This document shows, one piece after another, positions 7,972 through 18,468 of a stretch of 64,000 nucleotides of DNA (position 1 is the first letter of the stretch; each line of letters begins with the position of its first letter). The position numbers were made by a program, and so were the translations under genes. The DNA is from an uncultured delta proteobacterium (lineage in GTDB: Bacteria; Myxococcota_A; Polyangia; Polyangiales; B10-G4), in the NCBI GenBank assembly GCA_963727445.1, contig CAVSGI010000003.1, positions 32,001-96,000 on the forward strand. Direction: 5' to 3'. Below the pieces are notes generated by a model. That model saw nothing but the letters and a program-made list of their open reading frames with translations, made no database searches and was not told the DNA's origin.

Positions 7972-9582
7972 ATGACGACACGCCTTCTCCTGATCGCCCT
8001 TCTCACCGTCACCTTCGTGAGCGCCGGCTGCGGCGACGACACGACACCTCCCGCGGACACGGGCGCGGGCGACGGCAGCACCGACACCGGCACCGGTGAC
8101 GGCAGCACCGACACCGGCGCAGGTGACGGCAGCATGGACTCGAGCATGGACGGGACCGTCGCGGACGGCAGCACCGACACCATGGCAGACGGCGGCTGCG
8201 TGCCGGCCGACGAGCGCACCTGGCTCGAATGCACCGACGGCATCGACAACGACTGCGACGGGATGATCGACACGGACCCGGGCTGCTCCGTCTGCCCGCC
8301 GGCCGCGGCCCCCGAAGCGGGCGACGAGAACACGATGGCCGCGTGCACCGACGGCATCGACAACGACTGCGACGGCCACGTCGACTGCGCGGACTACGAC
8401 TGCCTCGGCATGGCAACCGCCTGCGCTGACGAGGCGGGGGACGAGACGCTCTGCTCGGACGGCATCGACAACGACGGCGACGGGCGGATCGACTGTGGTG
8501 AGCGCGGCTGCGCCACCACCATGGCGTGCCGCCCCGCGACCATGGGGGTCGAAAACGACGCGACGCTCTGCGCCGACGGCCTCGACAACGACTACGATGG
8601 CTTCACCGACTGCGACGACGACGACTGCGAGCCCACCGCCTCCTGCGGCAGCGAGGACACCGACGCCACCTGCTCGGACGGGCTCGACAACGACGGAGAC
8701 GGGCGCTTCGACTGCGTCGATTCGAACTGCTCGGACACCACGCCCTGCATGGCCGAGAGCGGCGACAACTGCGCCAACGGCATGGACGACGACGGGGACG
8801 GCTTCATCGACTGCGCCGACCGCGATTGCCTGGGCGCGGCGGTGTGCGTCGACATGGAAGCCATCTGCGACAACAGCACCGACGACGACCTCGACGGCAA
8901 CGCCGACTGTCGCGATTCGGACTGTGAGAGCAGCTGCTCCAGCATGGCCTGCAGCGACACCAACTGGTTCGGCACCTGCGCCTCGGGCACCTGTGCCATG
9001 GGCGTCTGCGCCACGACCACGACCCTCGCCGACTACGACTTCAGCACCGACCAGCCGCTGATCGTCGTCGAGATCATGGCCAACCCGGACGTAGTCTCGG
9101 ACAGCAACGGTGAGTACGCCGAGATCCTCAACGTCTCCACCGACACCATCGACGTCAACGGGCTGACCCTCAACGACAACACGACGACGAACACCGCGAC
9201 CATCTCCACGTCGTGGTTCCTCTCTCCCGGCGAGCGCCTGGTCTTCGTGGCCAACGACGACCCAACCGCGAACGGCGGCATCATGGGCGGTGCGGCGATC
9301 GGCTCCGGCTTCTTCAACCAGGGCGGCGACGAGGTCGCGATCCAGTACATGGGCACCGACATCCACCGAGTGACCTACGCGGGCACCGGCAGCGACCTCG
9401 ACAACGTCGGCCTCGACGCGGTCGCCGGCCAGAGCTTCAACCTCGACCAGGCCTACCTCGATGGCACCACCACCACGCCCACCTGGTGCCTGACCCCCGC
9501 CGACGCCGCCAACGAGTACAACACCGACGGAAGCACGTCGGACTATGGAACCCCAGGGGCCGCGAACATCACGTGCCCGTAG
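7972..9582 (+). CDS. Lipoprotein with 7 Cys/Asp-rich repeats and a C-terminal lamin-tail domain (LTD)
   Basis: Lipobox SAGC; DTGxGDGS linker; 7 C.DG.DND.DG repeats; LTD signature LIVVEIMANP..GEYAEILN...IDVNG...GTPGAAN. Confidence 0.85.
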   Translation: MTTRLLLIALLTVTFVSAGCGDDTTPPADTGAGDGSTDTGTGDGSTDTGAGDGSMDSSMDGTVADGSTDTMADGGCVPADERTWLECTDGIDNDCDGMIDTDPGCSVCPPAAAPEAGDENTMAACTDGIDNDCDGHVDCADYDCLGMATACADEAGDETLCSDGIDNDGDGRIDCGERGCATTMACRPATMGVENDATLCADGLDNDYDGFTDCDDDDCEPTASCGSEDTDATCSDGLDNDGDGRFDCVDSNCSDTTPCMAESGDNCANGMDDDGDGFIDCADRDCLGAAVCVDMEAICDNSTDDDLDGNADCRDSDCESSCSSMACSDTNWFGTCASGTCAMGVCATTTTLADYDFSTDQPLIVVEIMANPDVVSDSNGEYAEILNVSTDTIDVNGLTLNDNTTTNTATISTSWFLSPGERLVFVANDDPTANGGIMGGAAIGSGFFNQGGDEVAIQYMGTDIHRVTYAGTGSDLDNVGLDAVAGQSFNLDQAYLDGTTTTPTWCLTPADAANEYNTDGSTSDYGTPGAANITCP

Positions 9583-9679
9583 GGCCGAATGGGGAGCCGG
9601 GGGCGCACTCCCGGCTCTGCGCCTCCTGCGCCGCAGTCGGCCGCGAGAGCCGAACAGAATCCCCCGGCAACAGGACTGA

Positions 9680-10901
9680 CTAGTCCCCTAGATCGAACGC
9701 GTCGTGCAACGCGCGCACGGCGAGCTCGGCGTACTTCGATTCGATCAGGCAGCTGACCTTGATCTCGCTGGTGGTGATCGCCTGGATGTTGATCCCCTCG
9801 GTCGCCAGCACCCGGAACATCTTGGCGGCGATGCCGGCGTGACTGCGCATGCCGAGGCCCACGATGGAGACCTTCACCACGTCCTCGTCGACCAGGACCT
9901 CCTTGGCGCCCAGGATCTCGAGGTTCGCCTCGGCGACCTTCCTCGCGGCGCCGATGTCGGACTTCTTCACGGTGAAGGTGAGGTCCGTCGCCCCGTGATC
10001 GGAGACGTTCTGGATGATCATGTCGACGGAGATGCTCTGCTCGGCCAGAGGCTCGAAGAGCTGCGCCACCACGCCCGGCCGGTCCTGAACCGAACGGATG
10101 GTGATCTTCGCCTCGTTCTTGTCCGAGGTGACGCCGGCGACCACCACCGACTCGAGGGAGGTGTCCTCCCCCACGACCCAGGTGCCTTCGTCCTCCTTGA
10201 AGCTGGAGCGGACGTGAATCGGAACGGCGTACTTCATCGCGACCTCCACGGAGCGGATCTGTAGGACCTTCGCGCCGAGCGACGCGAGCTCGAGCATCTC
10301 CTCGTAGCTGATCCGGTGAATCTTCTTGGCGTTGGGACAGACGTTCGGATCGGCGGTGTAGACCCCGTCGACGTCGGTGTAGATCTCACAGGCGCTGGCG
10401 CGCGCCGCGGCGGCGATGGCCACCGCCGTCGTATCCGAGCCGCCCCGGCCGAGGGTGGTGATGTCGCCCGTGGGTCCGATCCCCTGAAACCCGGCCACCA
10501 CCGCGATCCGGCCCTCTTCGAGGGTCTTCGACATGGCCGTGCCCTCGATCGACTTGATGCGGGCCTTGGTGTGCGGGCCCTCGGTGAGGATGCGGGCCTG
10601 ATGGCCCATGAGCGAGCGCGCCGGCACGCCCATGTCGTTCAAGCAGATGGACAACAGAGCCGCGCTCACCTGCTCGCCGGTGGACACCAGCACGTCCATC
10701 TCGCGATGCAGCGGCTCGTCCTCGGTCGCGGCCTCACGGCCCATCTTGAGCAGACGGTCGGTCTCACCGCCGATGGCGCTCACGACGACGATCAGGTCGT
10801 GACCCTCTGCGCGCGAAGCGGCCACGCGCGCGCGCGACGTTGCGGATCTTCTCGAGCGACCCGACGCTGGTCCCCCCGAACTTCTGAACGATCAGGCCCA
10901 C
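9680..10901 (-). CDS. lysC: Aspartate kinase (two ACT domains); 1-bp frameshift near 10830
   Basis: GTG 10901 gives [15 protein letters not shown]; after the shift [45 protein letters not shown]. Confidence 0.95.
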
Positions 10902-10942
10902 GGGGGCGGGACTGTAGCACCGATGCGGCGCACGAAGATCCG

Positions 10943-11476
10943 CTAACGACCCTGGCGATTGCGGTCGTCCCGACGGTCGTCCTCGCGGCCCCGTCGGTCA
11001 CCATCGTCCGATCCCTCGTCGTCACGGTCCGACGCGTCTCCGTCGTCGTCGTGATCCGAATCACCACGGTCCCCCGACGGCCGGCGCTCGCGGCGTGGCT
11101 GCTCGGGCGGGTCGCCGAACTCGGCGCGGAGCTTTCGCTCGAGGCGGTCGAGGAGCATCTGCTCCACGTAGGAGGGCATCGACGGGATCTGCACGACCGT
11201 CCGCACGTAGTCGACGCCCTCGACGCGCGTGCGGACGAGCTCGATGCTCCCGGGGAAGGTGCGGCCTCGATCCTGATACTGGAACAGGACGTATCCGACC
11301 TCGGGGTCCTGATCGTCGATCGCGTAACGGAGGTCGACCCGGACCATGCGCACGGCCGCGCTCCACACCTGCTCGAATCGATAGGTGTGGTCCTTCTGCT
11401 TGCGCGCCTCGGCCGTCGTGGGCGCGAGGGTCGCGAAGAACAGAGCGACGAGGAGTCCGAGGCCGAGCCGGCGCAT
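10943..11476 (-). CDS. Exported hypothetical protein
   Basis: 177-aa ORF with signal peptide (..TTAEA), compact alpha/beta core and charged tail. Confidence 0.7.
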   Translation of the reverse strand: MRRLGLGLLVALFFATLAPTTAEARKQKDHTYRFEQVWSAAVRMVRVDLRYAIDDQDPEVGYVLFQYQDRGRTFPGSIELVRTRVEGVDYVRTVVQIPSMPSYVEQMLLDRLERKLRAEFGDPPEQPRRERRPSGDRGDSDHDDDGDASDRDDEGSDDGDRRGREDDRRDDRNRQGR

Positions 11477-11520
11477 GCCCCGACGCTAAGGGCCAGTGGG
11501 CGACCCCACCAAATTTTCGA

Positions 11521-12633
11521 TCAATTCTCGGCGTTCGCCGGCGGCGCGATGGTCGGTGTGGTGTCGACCTTGAGCAGCGCGCTCAACGGGATGTGGAAGA
11601 GGTAGAGGGGGATGACCCCGGCCAGGGTGATCATCACCGCCTGCATGCTGTAGAGCAAAAAGACGTAGATGGAGCCCTGCTCGCCCAGCAGGGACTCGGC
11701 GAAGTAGAGCTGGAGCGCGAGTGATACGGCGAGCTGGAAGTTGCCGAAGAGCCCTGGCCCCGCCGGCAAGAGGATGCCGATGGCCAGGATCCCCATGATC
11801 GCCACCGCATGCCCGTAATGCATGGGAAGCCCGCACGCGACGCCGAGCAGCCACATCCCCGACGCGTTCGTGAGCCAGTAGATCGCCGTCTCCAGCATGA
11901 AGCCCGAAGCGAGGCGCACGTCCGCGATGGAGCGCACGCCGTCTGCCACCGAGCCGACCTTCGAGGAGAGCACGTCGGCGAAGCGGCGCGAAACGAGCCC
12001 CACCACCGCGGCGACGAGCTTGGTGGCGAGCGCGCGTTGCCACAGAAAGAGCCCCAGGGCGACGAAGGCGCTGCCGAAGACGGCCAAGGAGAGGTAGCCG
12101 TAGAACGGCAGCGCCACCGCCAGCTCGTCGTCGGAGGGCAGCCGCGGCAGGGCGAAGAGGGCCCACGCGACGCAGAGGCTGGTGAGCAGCCCGTCGATCA
12201 CGCGCTCGACGGCGATGGTGCCGAAGCCGGCGGAGATGCTGACGCCGTTGCGCATCTTGGTGAGCGCCGGCCGGGCCACCTCGCCCAGGCGCAGCGGCAG
12301 GGCGAAGATCGCGAAGAAGCCGATCCAGTTCAGCGCGATCACGTCCTTGAAGGGCACGTGCTTCACCGGACGCACCAGGAAGCGCCAGCGGCTGGCCCGG
12401 AAGAAGTGGGTCACGAAGAAGAGCGGCACGTAGAGCGCGACGAGACCCCAGCTGACCTCGGAGAAGGCCTCTCCGTTCGGGATCAGCGGAACGCCTCCGC
12501 GCGAGACGAGCCAGGCGAAGAGCGCCCCGAGGATCAGCGAGATGCCCAGCTTGGGAAGGATCTTCCTCAGGAAGCTCGGCTCGCTCTCCTCGTCCCGTCG
12601 GCTCCCCTCCTCGGCTGTGGCTTCGCTGCTCAA
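11521..12633 (-). CDS. Lysylphosphatidylglycerol-synthase TM-domain (flippase-like, UPF0104) membrane protein
   Basis: RASRWRFLV, LPLRLGEVARP, TIAVERVID, LPAGPGLFGNFQ; TTG start 12633 overlaps the upstream stop. Confidence 0.85.
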   Translation of the reverse strand: MSSEATAEEGSRRDEESEPSFLRKILPKLGISLILGALFAWLVSRGGVPLIPNGEAFSEVSWGLVALYVPLFFVTHFFRASRWRFLVRPVKHVPFKDVIALNWIGFFAIFALPLRLGEVARPALTKMRNGVSISAGFGTIAVERVIDGLLTSLCVAWALFALPRLPSDDELAVALPFYGYLSLAVFGSAFVALGLFLWQRALATKLVAAVVGLVSRRFADVLSSKVGSVADGVRSIADVRLASGFMLETAIYWLTNASGMWLLGVACGLPMHYGHAVAIMGILAIGILLPAGPGLFGNFQLAVSLALQLYFAESLLGEQGSIYVFLLYSMQAVMITLAGVIPLYLFHIPLSALLKVDTTPTIAPPANAEN

Positions 12634-13350
12634 TCCACCCGTCCTTCGAGGATGCGCCTCGGGTTTTCGGCGAGGAGCTCCTCCGCCTCCTCCTCTCCCA
12701 CGAGCTTCTTCAGTCTGTCCACCGCTTCGTCGACCAACGCGAGAATCGCTCGGGCGGTGGGCGTCGGTGCAGGCGGCGTAATAGGTCCCCTCCTTCACCA
12801 TGCGCTCGGCGGCTTTTCGCGGGCGCCGCCCGTATTTCCCGGTGAGCGCCATCAGGTCCAGGAGCGGCAGCGCGCCCACGTCGAGGAGCGGGTCGAGCTC
12901 GTCGGTCTTCTTGAAGAGCGGGTGGTAGCGCTCGGGGTGGGCGATCACCGGACGGATCCCTTTCACCATCATCTCGAAGAAGCGCTGGGCCACGCCCATC
13001 GGGAACGCCCGCTCGGGGAACTCCACCAGCGCGCCGTGCCCGCCCGGGTACGGCAGCGCCTGCCCCGTCGTGAAGAGTCCCCAGACCACGTCGTCGAAGT
13101 GGTGCTCGGCGCCGAGGCCGAGCGTGGGAAGCTCGGGGTCGCCCTCGGCGCGCTCTCGGAACGCGTGGAAGGCGCGCTCGAGGCCGGGCTTGCGGTTTTC
13201 GAACATCGCGGTGCGGATGTGGGGCGTCGCCACCACCGTGTCCCAGCCGAGCTTCTTGAGCCCGCGCAACAGCGCGCGGCCCTCCTCTTCGGTCTTCACC
13301 CCGTCGTCGATGGCGGGGATGTAGTGGCTGTGCAGGTCGACGTAACCCAT
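12630..13350 (-). CDS. CpsB/CapC-family PHP tyrosine-protein phosphatase; frameshift near 12745
   Basis: DLHSHYIPAIDDG, VATPH, IAHPERY, TDAH; the C-terminus (..LLAENPRRILEGRVD*) lies in another frame and ends at 12630. Confidence 0.9.
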
Positions 13351-14745
13351 CACTCGTCGTCGTCTTCGGGCGGGGGGACTGGGGCCGCGGGGGCCACCTC
13401 GTCGATGAGGTGTAGCAGCCGCTCGCGATCATTCAGCGAGGGATCGTCCGTGACCCGCTCGAGGAGGGTGTCGAGGACCTGGCCGATGATGGGGCCGGGC
13501 GGCACCCCGAGGCGATCCATCACATCCTTGCCCCCGACCGGGAGGTCCCGGGTGCTCAGCGCTTCACCCGCCGCCACCACGGCTTCGATCCGGTCCTTCA
13601 GCTCGGCGAGGGCGGCGAGCTCCGGGTCCACCGGGCGCCCCTTGCCGAGGGCGTCCGCCCGGCCGAGGGCCAACAGGCTCTCCACGTGCTCTTTGCCGAT
13701 GCGCCGCACGAAGCGCCTCACGGCGGCGTCGGACCACTCGGGCGAGTAGCAGAATCAGGTGGTGACGAACGAGGTGGACGATGTCGCTGCGCTCCTCGTT
13801 CGAGAAGCGATACTCGCGCAGCCAGCGGTCGGCCATCTTCGCGCCGACCCGCTCGTGATCGTAGAAGGTCCAGTCGTCGGTCTTGTCGGAGTGCGCGCGC
13901 GTCGCCGGCTTGCCCACGTCGTGCAGCAGGGCGGCGATGCGGAGGGTGGGCCCGCCTTCGCTCGCGTCGAGGGTCTCGAGCGTGTGGTTCCAGACGTCGT
14001 AGGCGTGCCACTTGTTCTGCTCGCAGCCCACCTGTTCGACGAGCTCGGGGAAGGTGATCTCGAGGATCCCGGTCTTGCGCATCACCTCGAAGGCGCGCGA
14101 GGGGCGACGCGCCTTCATCGTCTTCATCCACTCGTCGCGCACCCGCTCCTTGCTCACCTTCGCGAAGGTCCCGAGCTCCTGAGTGATCGCCTTTTCGGTG
14201 GCGGGATCGAGCTCGAGCTCGAGGGTCGCGACGAAGCGCGCGCCGCGCAGCACCCTCAGGCCGTCCTCGCCGAAGCGCTCGCGCGGATCGCCCACGGCGC
14301 GGAGGATCCCCGCCTCCATGTCCGCGACGCCGCCGAAGGGATCGACGGTCCGGTCGCTGACCGGATCGAAGGCGATGGCGTTGACCGTGAAGTCACGGCG
14401 CGCGAGGTCCTCTTCGATGTCGCGGACGAAGTAGACCTCGTCGGGGCGGCGCCCGTCGCTGTAGGCGCCCTCCCCCCGCAGCGTGGTGAGCTCGTAGCGC
14501 TCTCCCTTCCACAGCACCGTCACCGTGCCGTGCTGGATGCCGGTGGGGATCACCCGGCCGAAGACCTTCTTCACCTCCCCGGGGAGCGCGCTTGTCGCGA
14601 GGTCCCAGTCCGAGACCTCCTTTCCGCGGAGCAGGTCGCGGATGCAGCCCCCCACCACCCAGGTGCGGTGCCCGTGTTCCCCCAGCTTCTGGACGATCTC
14701 CACCACCGGCTCGGGGATTTGCCTCTGGCCGACCGTCGGTTTCAT
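13350..14745 (-). CDS. cca: Class II CCA tRNA nucleotidyltransferase with HD domain; frameshift near 13755
   Basis: VGGCIRDLL..DWDLAT, DLARRDFTVNA, RFGEDGLRVLRGARF, LLHDVGKP; C-terminal LPVGGKDVM..PGPIIG in the shifted frame. Confidence 0.9.
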
Positions 14746-14758
14746 CGCCCGCCGTGCG

Positions 14759-17704
14759 TCAGCCGCCGCTCGAGGAGGAAGAGGGCTCGTCGCCGCCGCC
14801 GTCCGAGACATCCGACGCGTCCGAGACATCCGACGCGTCCGAGACGCCCGACGCGTCCGAGACGTCCGAGACGTCCGACGCGCCGCTCGCGCTCGAAGCG
14901 CCCGAGTGGGAAGCGGAGGACGAAGAAGACGACGACGAGCCGAAGTCCTCCTCCGCATCCGAAGCCTCGGCGGGCGGCCCCGAGACCATGGTCGGGCCCG
15001 CGTCGTCGTCGCCGAAGTCCGGCGGGACCTGATCCCGCATCCCCGCGCTGGGCCGCGTGGGCTCGCCGGGGAGCTCGGGCAGCTGCTCGTCGCTCTCGCG
15101 CAGCCGCGTGCGGATCTCGTCCGCCCGGCCGCGCATGCTCATCGCCTCGTGGGCGCGCACCGGATCGCTCTTCGACTCCGCGTCCGACTCGAGGAAGGTG
15201 GCGTAGCTGTCACAGGTGTTCGCGAGCTCGACGTCGTTGCCCAGCTCCTCGAAGATGCGCAGCGAGCGCTCGAAGCTCTCCTTGGCCAGGCGGTGGTCGT
15301 CGCCGCCCCACCCCGCCGCGGCGAGGATCTCCGCCTGGGTGCGCAGCGCCACGCCGAGGAATGGCTTGCCCCGCGACTGTTCGAAGAGCTCCACCGAGCG
15401 CCCGATGTACTCGCGGGCGAGCTTGATGTCGTGGATGAGCATGTGCGCCTTGGCGAGGCCGCGCAGGATCTCACCCTCGAGGATGGTGTCCCCGAGCGTC
15501 GCCGACAAATCCTCGGCCTGCTTGAGCACGGCGATGGCCTCGGTGGGTCGCTCGAGGCGATACTCGCTCTCGCCGAGATTGGTGAGGATCACCGCCTGGC
15601 GCATGCGGTCGCCGACCTGGCTCGCGACCGCGAGCGCGTCGCGGTAGAGCTCGACGGCCCGGTCGTGCTCGCCGTTGTCCTGGTGGATGGTGCCGAGGTT
15701 GTTGAGGGTCTGCGCGATGCCGGGCTTGTCCCCGATCTGCTCGCGCAGGCTGAGGGCTTCTTGAAAGGCTGCTTGCGCCTCGGAGAAGCGGCCACTGTCC
15801 TGGTAGACGAGGCCGAGGTTGTTGTGGCTGAGCGCGATGGAGCGCGCATCGCCGAGCGCGCTTCGCACGTCGAGAGCCTGACGCATGAAGCGCTCCGCCG
15901 CCTCGTAGTTGCCGCGCATCCAGTGGACCTTGCCCACGTCGTCGAGTGACGAAGCCACGCCGCGAACGTCGCCCGCCGCCTCGAAGAGCGCGTGCCCCGT
16001 GCCGAGATGACGCATCGCCTGCTCGAGCTGCCCGATGGCGCGATAGACGCGGCCGATGCGGTTGTGGGCGGCCCCACCCTTGGCCTTGAGGTCGAGCCGA
16101 AAGGCGATCTCCAGCATCTTCTCGAAGGCGGCGCGTGCGCGCTCGTTGTCGCCGGAGAGCTGCAGGACGTCGCCCCAGTGATGGAGCGCGTCGAGGCGCT
16201 GCACCACGTCCGAATCGCCGAGCAGGTCGAGGCCGCGCTCGTAGTATTCGGCCGCCTTCATGTTGGCGTAGCGGGCGCGCGCGGTATCGCCGGCGAGGAT
16301 GTAGTACATGCCGGCGCGCCGCGGTGAGCCCCCATCCTCGTAGTGCTGCGCCAGCATCTCGCACTGCTCTTCGGCGCGGTCGGCGAAGCGGAACTCGAGC
16401 CACTCGGCGACGACCTGATGAAAGCGCCGGCTCTCGGTGCGGTTGGTGAGGCGGTGCAGGGTCTCGCGCTCGAGGTTGTGCTTGAAGGCGAACTCCACCT
16501 CGCCCGGGATGGACGAGTCGGGGATCTCGAGGATGTAGTCGCGGTCGCAGAGGCTCACCAGCATGTCCGCCAGGTGCGACACCATGCTCTCGTGTCCGCC
16601 CCAGAGCTTCGGGGCGTCCTCCTTGATGCGCATCATCGCGATGATGGCGCCGAGCCAGAAGAGCCCGCCCATGGTCGAGGCCATCTCCAAGAGACGCCGC
16701 TCGGCGGGCGCCAGCGCGCTGATGCGCGCGCTGATCGCCTCCTCGACGGAGAGGGGGAGCTCGGCGCTCTCGAGCTTGTCGAGATCGACCTTCCAGGTGC
16801 CGTCCTTCTGCGCTTCGAGGGTGCCGTTGTCGTGGAAGCAGCGGACCATCTGCTCGAGCAGGTATGGGCTGCCGCCGGCCATGTCGACGGCGGCGTCGAC
16901 GAGCTCGTCGGGTGGATCCCCGGTGGGCTCGAGGAGGTTCATCATGAGGCTCGCCGCGTCGTCGGGCGCCAGCGGCGAGAGCTCGAGCTTGTGGTGCCTC
17001 TCGCCGCCCGCCTTCATCCAGTCGGACTGCTTGGCGATGAGCTCGGGCCGCGCGACGGTCACCAGGAGGATCGGCGCGTCGGTGAGCGAGGTGAGCAGGT
17101 ACTGCAGGAGCTCGAGCGTGTCGCTGGGCGCCCAGTGCAGGTCCTCGAAGGTGAGCACCAGGGGATGCGCCTGCGCGTCCACCTCGAAGAAACGCCGGAG
17201 CACGGCGCGGCTCACCAGACGGAACTGCTCCGGGTCCTCCTCCACCGCCTTGATGAAGGGAGACTCCGGGTACTCGAGGTCGAGGAAGGCGCCGAGGAAG
17301 TGGAGGAACTCGGTGACGCGCTTGTCGCCGAGCGCCTCGGAGACGGCGGTGCGGAAGGTCTCGCGGGTCTGCTCGGCGGGGGCGCCTTCGATGATGCCGA
17401 AGCGGGCGCGCAGGATGCGCTGAATGACGCCGAAGGCCGGCCCGTTCTCGCGACAGATGCCGCGGTAGATGCGAACCCGACGCTCGCGCGACCGAACCCT
17501 CTGAAGAAACGCGGTGAGCAGGCGCGACTTGCCGATGCCGGGGCTGCCGATGACGGTGATGGCCTGCGGCTGCTTGGTCGACAGCGCCTTCGCCAGGGCC
17601 TCCTCGAGCTCGCGCAGCTCGGGCCCGCGCCCGATCAGGGGTGCACGCTGGCTGTTGGGGACGCCAGGGATGGGATGGGGGCCGGTCTGGCCTGTATTGC
17701 TCAT
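14759..17704 (-). CDS. STAND-like AAA ATPase with a C-terminal TPR array and no N-terminal effector domain
   Basis: LIGRGPEL, Walker A GSPGIGKS, Walker B LTFEDLHW, GGSPYLLE, FAFKHNL, TPRs (NNLGLVY, NNLGTIH, TNLGE); Ser/Asp repeat tail. Confidence 0.9.
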   Translation of the reverse strand: MSNTGQTGPHPIPGVPNSQRAPLIGRGPELRELEEALAKALSTKQPQAITVIGSPGIGKSRLLTAFLQRVRSRERRVRIYRGICRENGPAFGVIQRILRARFGIIEGAPAEQTRETFRTAVSEALGDKRVTEFLHFLGAFLDLEYPESPFIKAVEEDPEQFRLVSRAVLRRFFEVDAQAHPLVLTFEDLHWAPSDTLELLQYLLTSLTDAPILLVTVARPELIAKQSDWMKAGGERHHKLELSPLAPDDAASLMMNLLEPTGDPPDELVDAAVDMAGGSPYLLEQMVRCFHDNGTLEAQKDGTWKVDLDKLESAELPLSVEEAISARISALAPAERRLLEMASTMGGLFWLGAIIAMMRIKEDAPKLWGGHESMVSHLADMLVSLCDRDYILEIPDSSIPGEVEFAFKHNLERETLHRLTNRTESRRFHQVVAEWLEFRFADRAEEQCEMLAQHYEDGGSPRRAGMYYILAGDTARARYANMKAAEYYERGLDLLGDSDVVQRLDALHHWGDVLQLSGDNERARAAFEKMLEIAFRLDLKAKGGAAHNRIGRVYRAIGQLEQAMRHLGTGHALFEAAGDVRGVASSLDDVGKVHWMRGNYEAAERFMRQALDVRSALGDARSIALSHNNLGLVYQDSGRFSEAQAAFQEALSLREQIGDKPGIAQTLNNLGTIHQDNGEHDRAVELYRDALAVASQVGDRMRQAVILTNLGESEYRLERPTEAIAVLKQAEDLSATLGDTILEGEILRGLAKAHMLIHDIKLAREYIGRSVELFEQSRGKPFLGVALRTQAEILAAAGWGGDDHRLAKESFERSLRIFEELGNDVELANTCDSYATFLESDAESKSDPVRAHEAMSMRGRADEIRTRLRESDEQLPELPGEPTRPSAGMRDQVPPDFGDDDAGPTMVSGPPAEASDAEEDFGSSSSSSSSASHSGASSASGASDVSDVSDASGVSDASDVSDASDVSDGGGDEPSSSSSGG

Positions 17705-17914
17705 GTGTTTTCCCGCCGAAACGGCCGGTATCCCACCTGCCCCTACATGGGCAAGCACCGAGTGTGAGAAGACCCCGGAAGTCTACTCACCCCCCACCCG
17801 CGCGCCATCGAATGCCACTCGGTCGTACCACAGGGACAGCCAAGGGAGTCAGGCGGAGAGGTCGGTCCCCACCGCTGGCGCGGCCGCCATCATCCCTTGT
17901 ATAAGACCCCCCTC

Positions 17915-18193
17915 ATGTATCTCGGCCGCGTCATCGGGACCTGCGTCGCCAGCCGCAAATACGAGGGGCTCGAGGGGGTGAAGCTCCTCGTGGTGCAGCC
18001 TCTCGACCGGCAGCGTCAGCCCAAGGGAGAGCCGCAGATCGCGTGCGACACGGCGAAGGCCGGGCCCGACGACCTGGTCTTCCTAGTCGGGGCGCGCGAG
18101 GCCTCCCACGCCCTCGAGGAGGCCTTCGTGCCGGTGGACGCGGCCATCGTCGGCATCGTCGACGACCTTCAGCAGATCGAAGAGGCGATGTGA
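17915..18193 (+). CDS. Bacterial microcompartment vertex protein (EutN/CcmL family, BMC-P)
   Basis: MYLGRVIGTCVASRK...KLLVVQPLD...D...AG..D.V...PVDAAIVGIVD. Confidence 0.93.
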   Translation: MYLGRVIGTCVASRKYEGLEGVKLLVVQPLDRQRQPKGEPQIACDTAKAGPDDLVFLVGAREASHALEEAFVPVDAAIVGIVDDLQQIEEAM

Positions 18194-18468
18194 AGCTGGC
18201 GCGCGTCATCGGCACGCTGGTCGCCACGGAGAAGCACGTCGCCTACGAGGGGCACAAGGTGATGTGGTGCCAGCCACTCGACGACAACCGCGAGGAGACG
18301 GGCGACGCCTTCTTCGCCGTGGACCGCGCCCAGGCGGGCATGGGCGACACCGTCCTCGTCAATCAAGAGGGCAACGGCGCGCGCCAGCTCCTCGGCACCA
18401 TCGACGGCAAGCTCCCCATCCGTAGCGTGATCGTCGGCATCGTCGACGCCATCGAAGTCGAAGGATGA
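18190..18468 (+). CDS. Second microcompartment vertex protein (EutN/CcmL family, BMC-P)
   Basis: GTG start overlapping the previous stop; KLARVIGTLVATEKH...AVDRAQAGMGDTVLV..EG..ARQ...PIRSVIVGIVD. Confidence 0.93.
   Translation: MKLARVIGTLVATEKHVAYEGHKVMWCQPLDDNREETGDAFFAVDRAQAGMGDTVLVNQEGNGARQLLGTIDGKLPIRSVIVGIVDAIEVEG

Noticed and set aside
6322..9366. 1014-aa ORF in the track, and similar long shadow ORFs (3923-5872, 11809-13749, 30111-32333, 32739-34778)
   Set aside because: Antisense or off-frame read-through typical of high-GC DNA; only the parts with signal peptides or motifs (e.g. 6322-7380, 5339-5872) are credible
10825..10836. Phase variation of lysC through a (CG)6 tract
   Set aside because: Removing one base restores the expected VARRVA; similar 1-bp indels occur across the window, so an error is more parsimonious
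11521..13353. Novel phosphatase-flippase fusion protein (610 aa in the ORF track)
   Set aside because: A +1 frameshift near 12745 joins two genes; the natural phosphatase C-terminus and its TGA (12630-12632) lie in another frame
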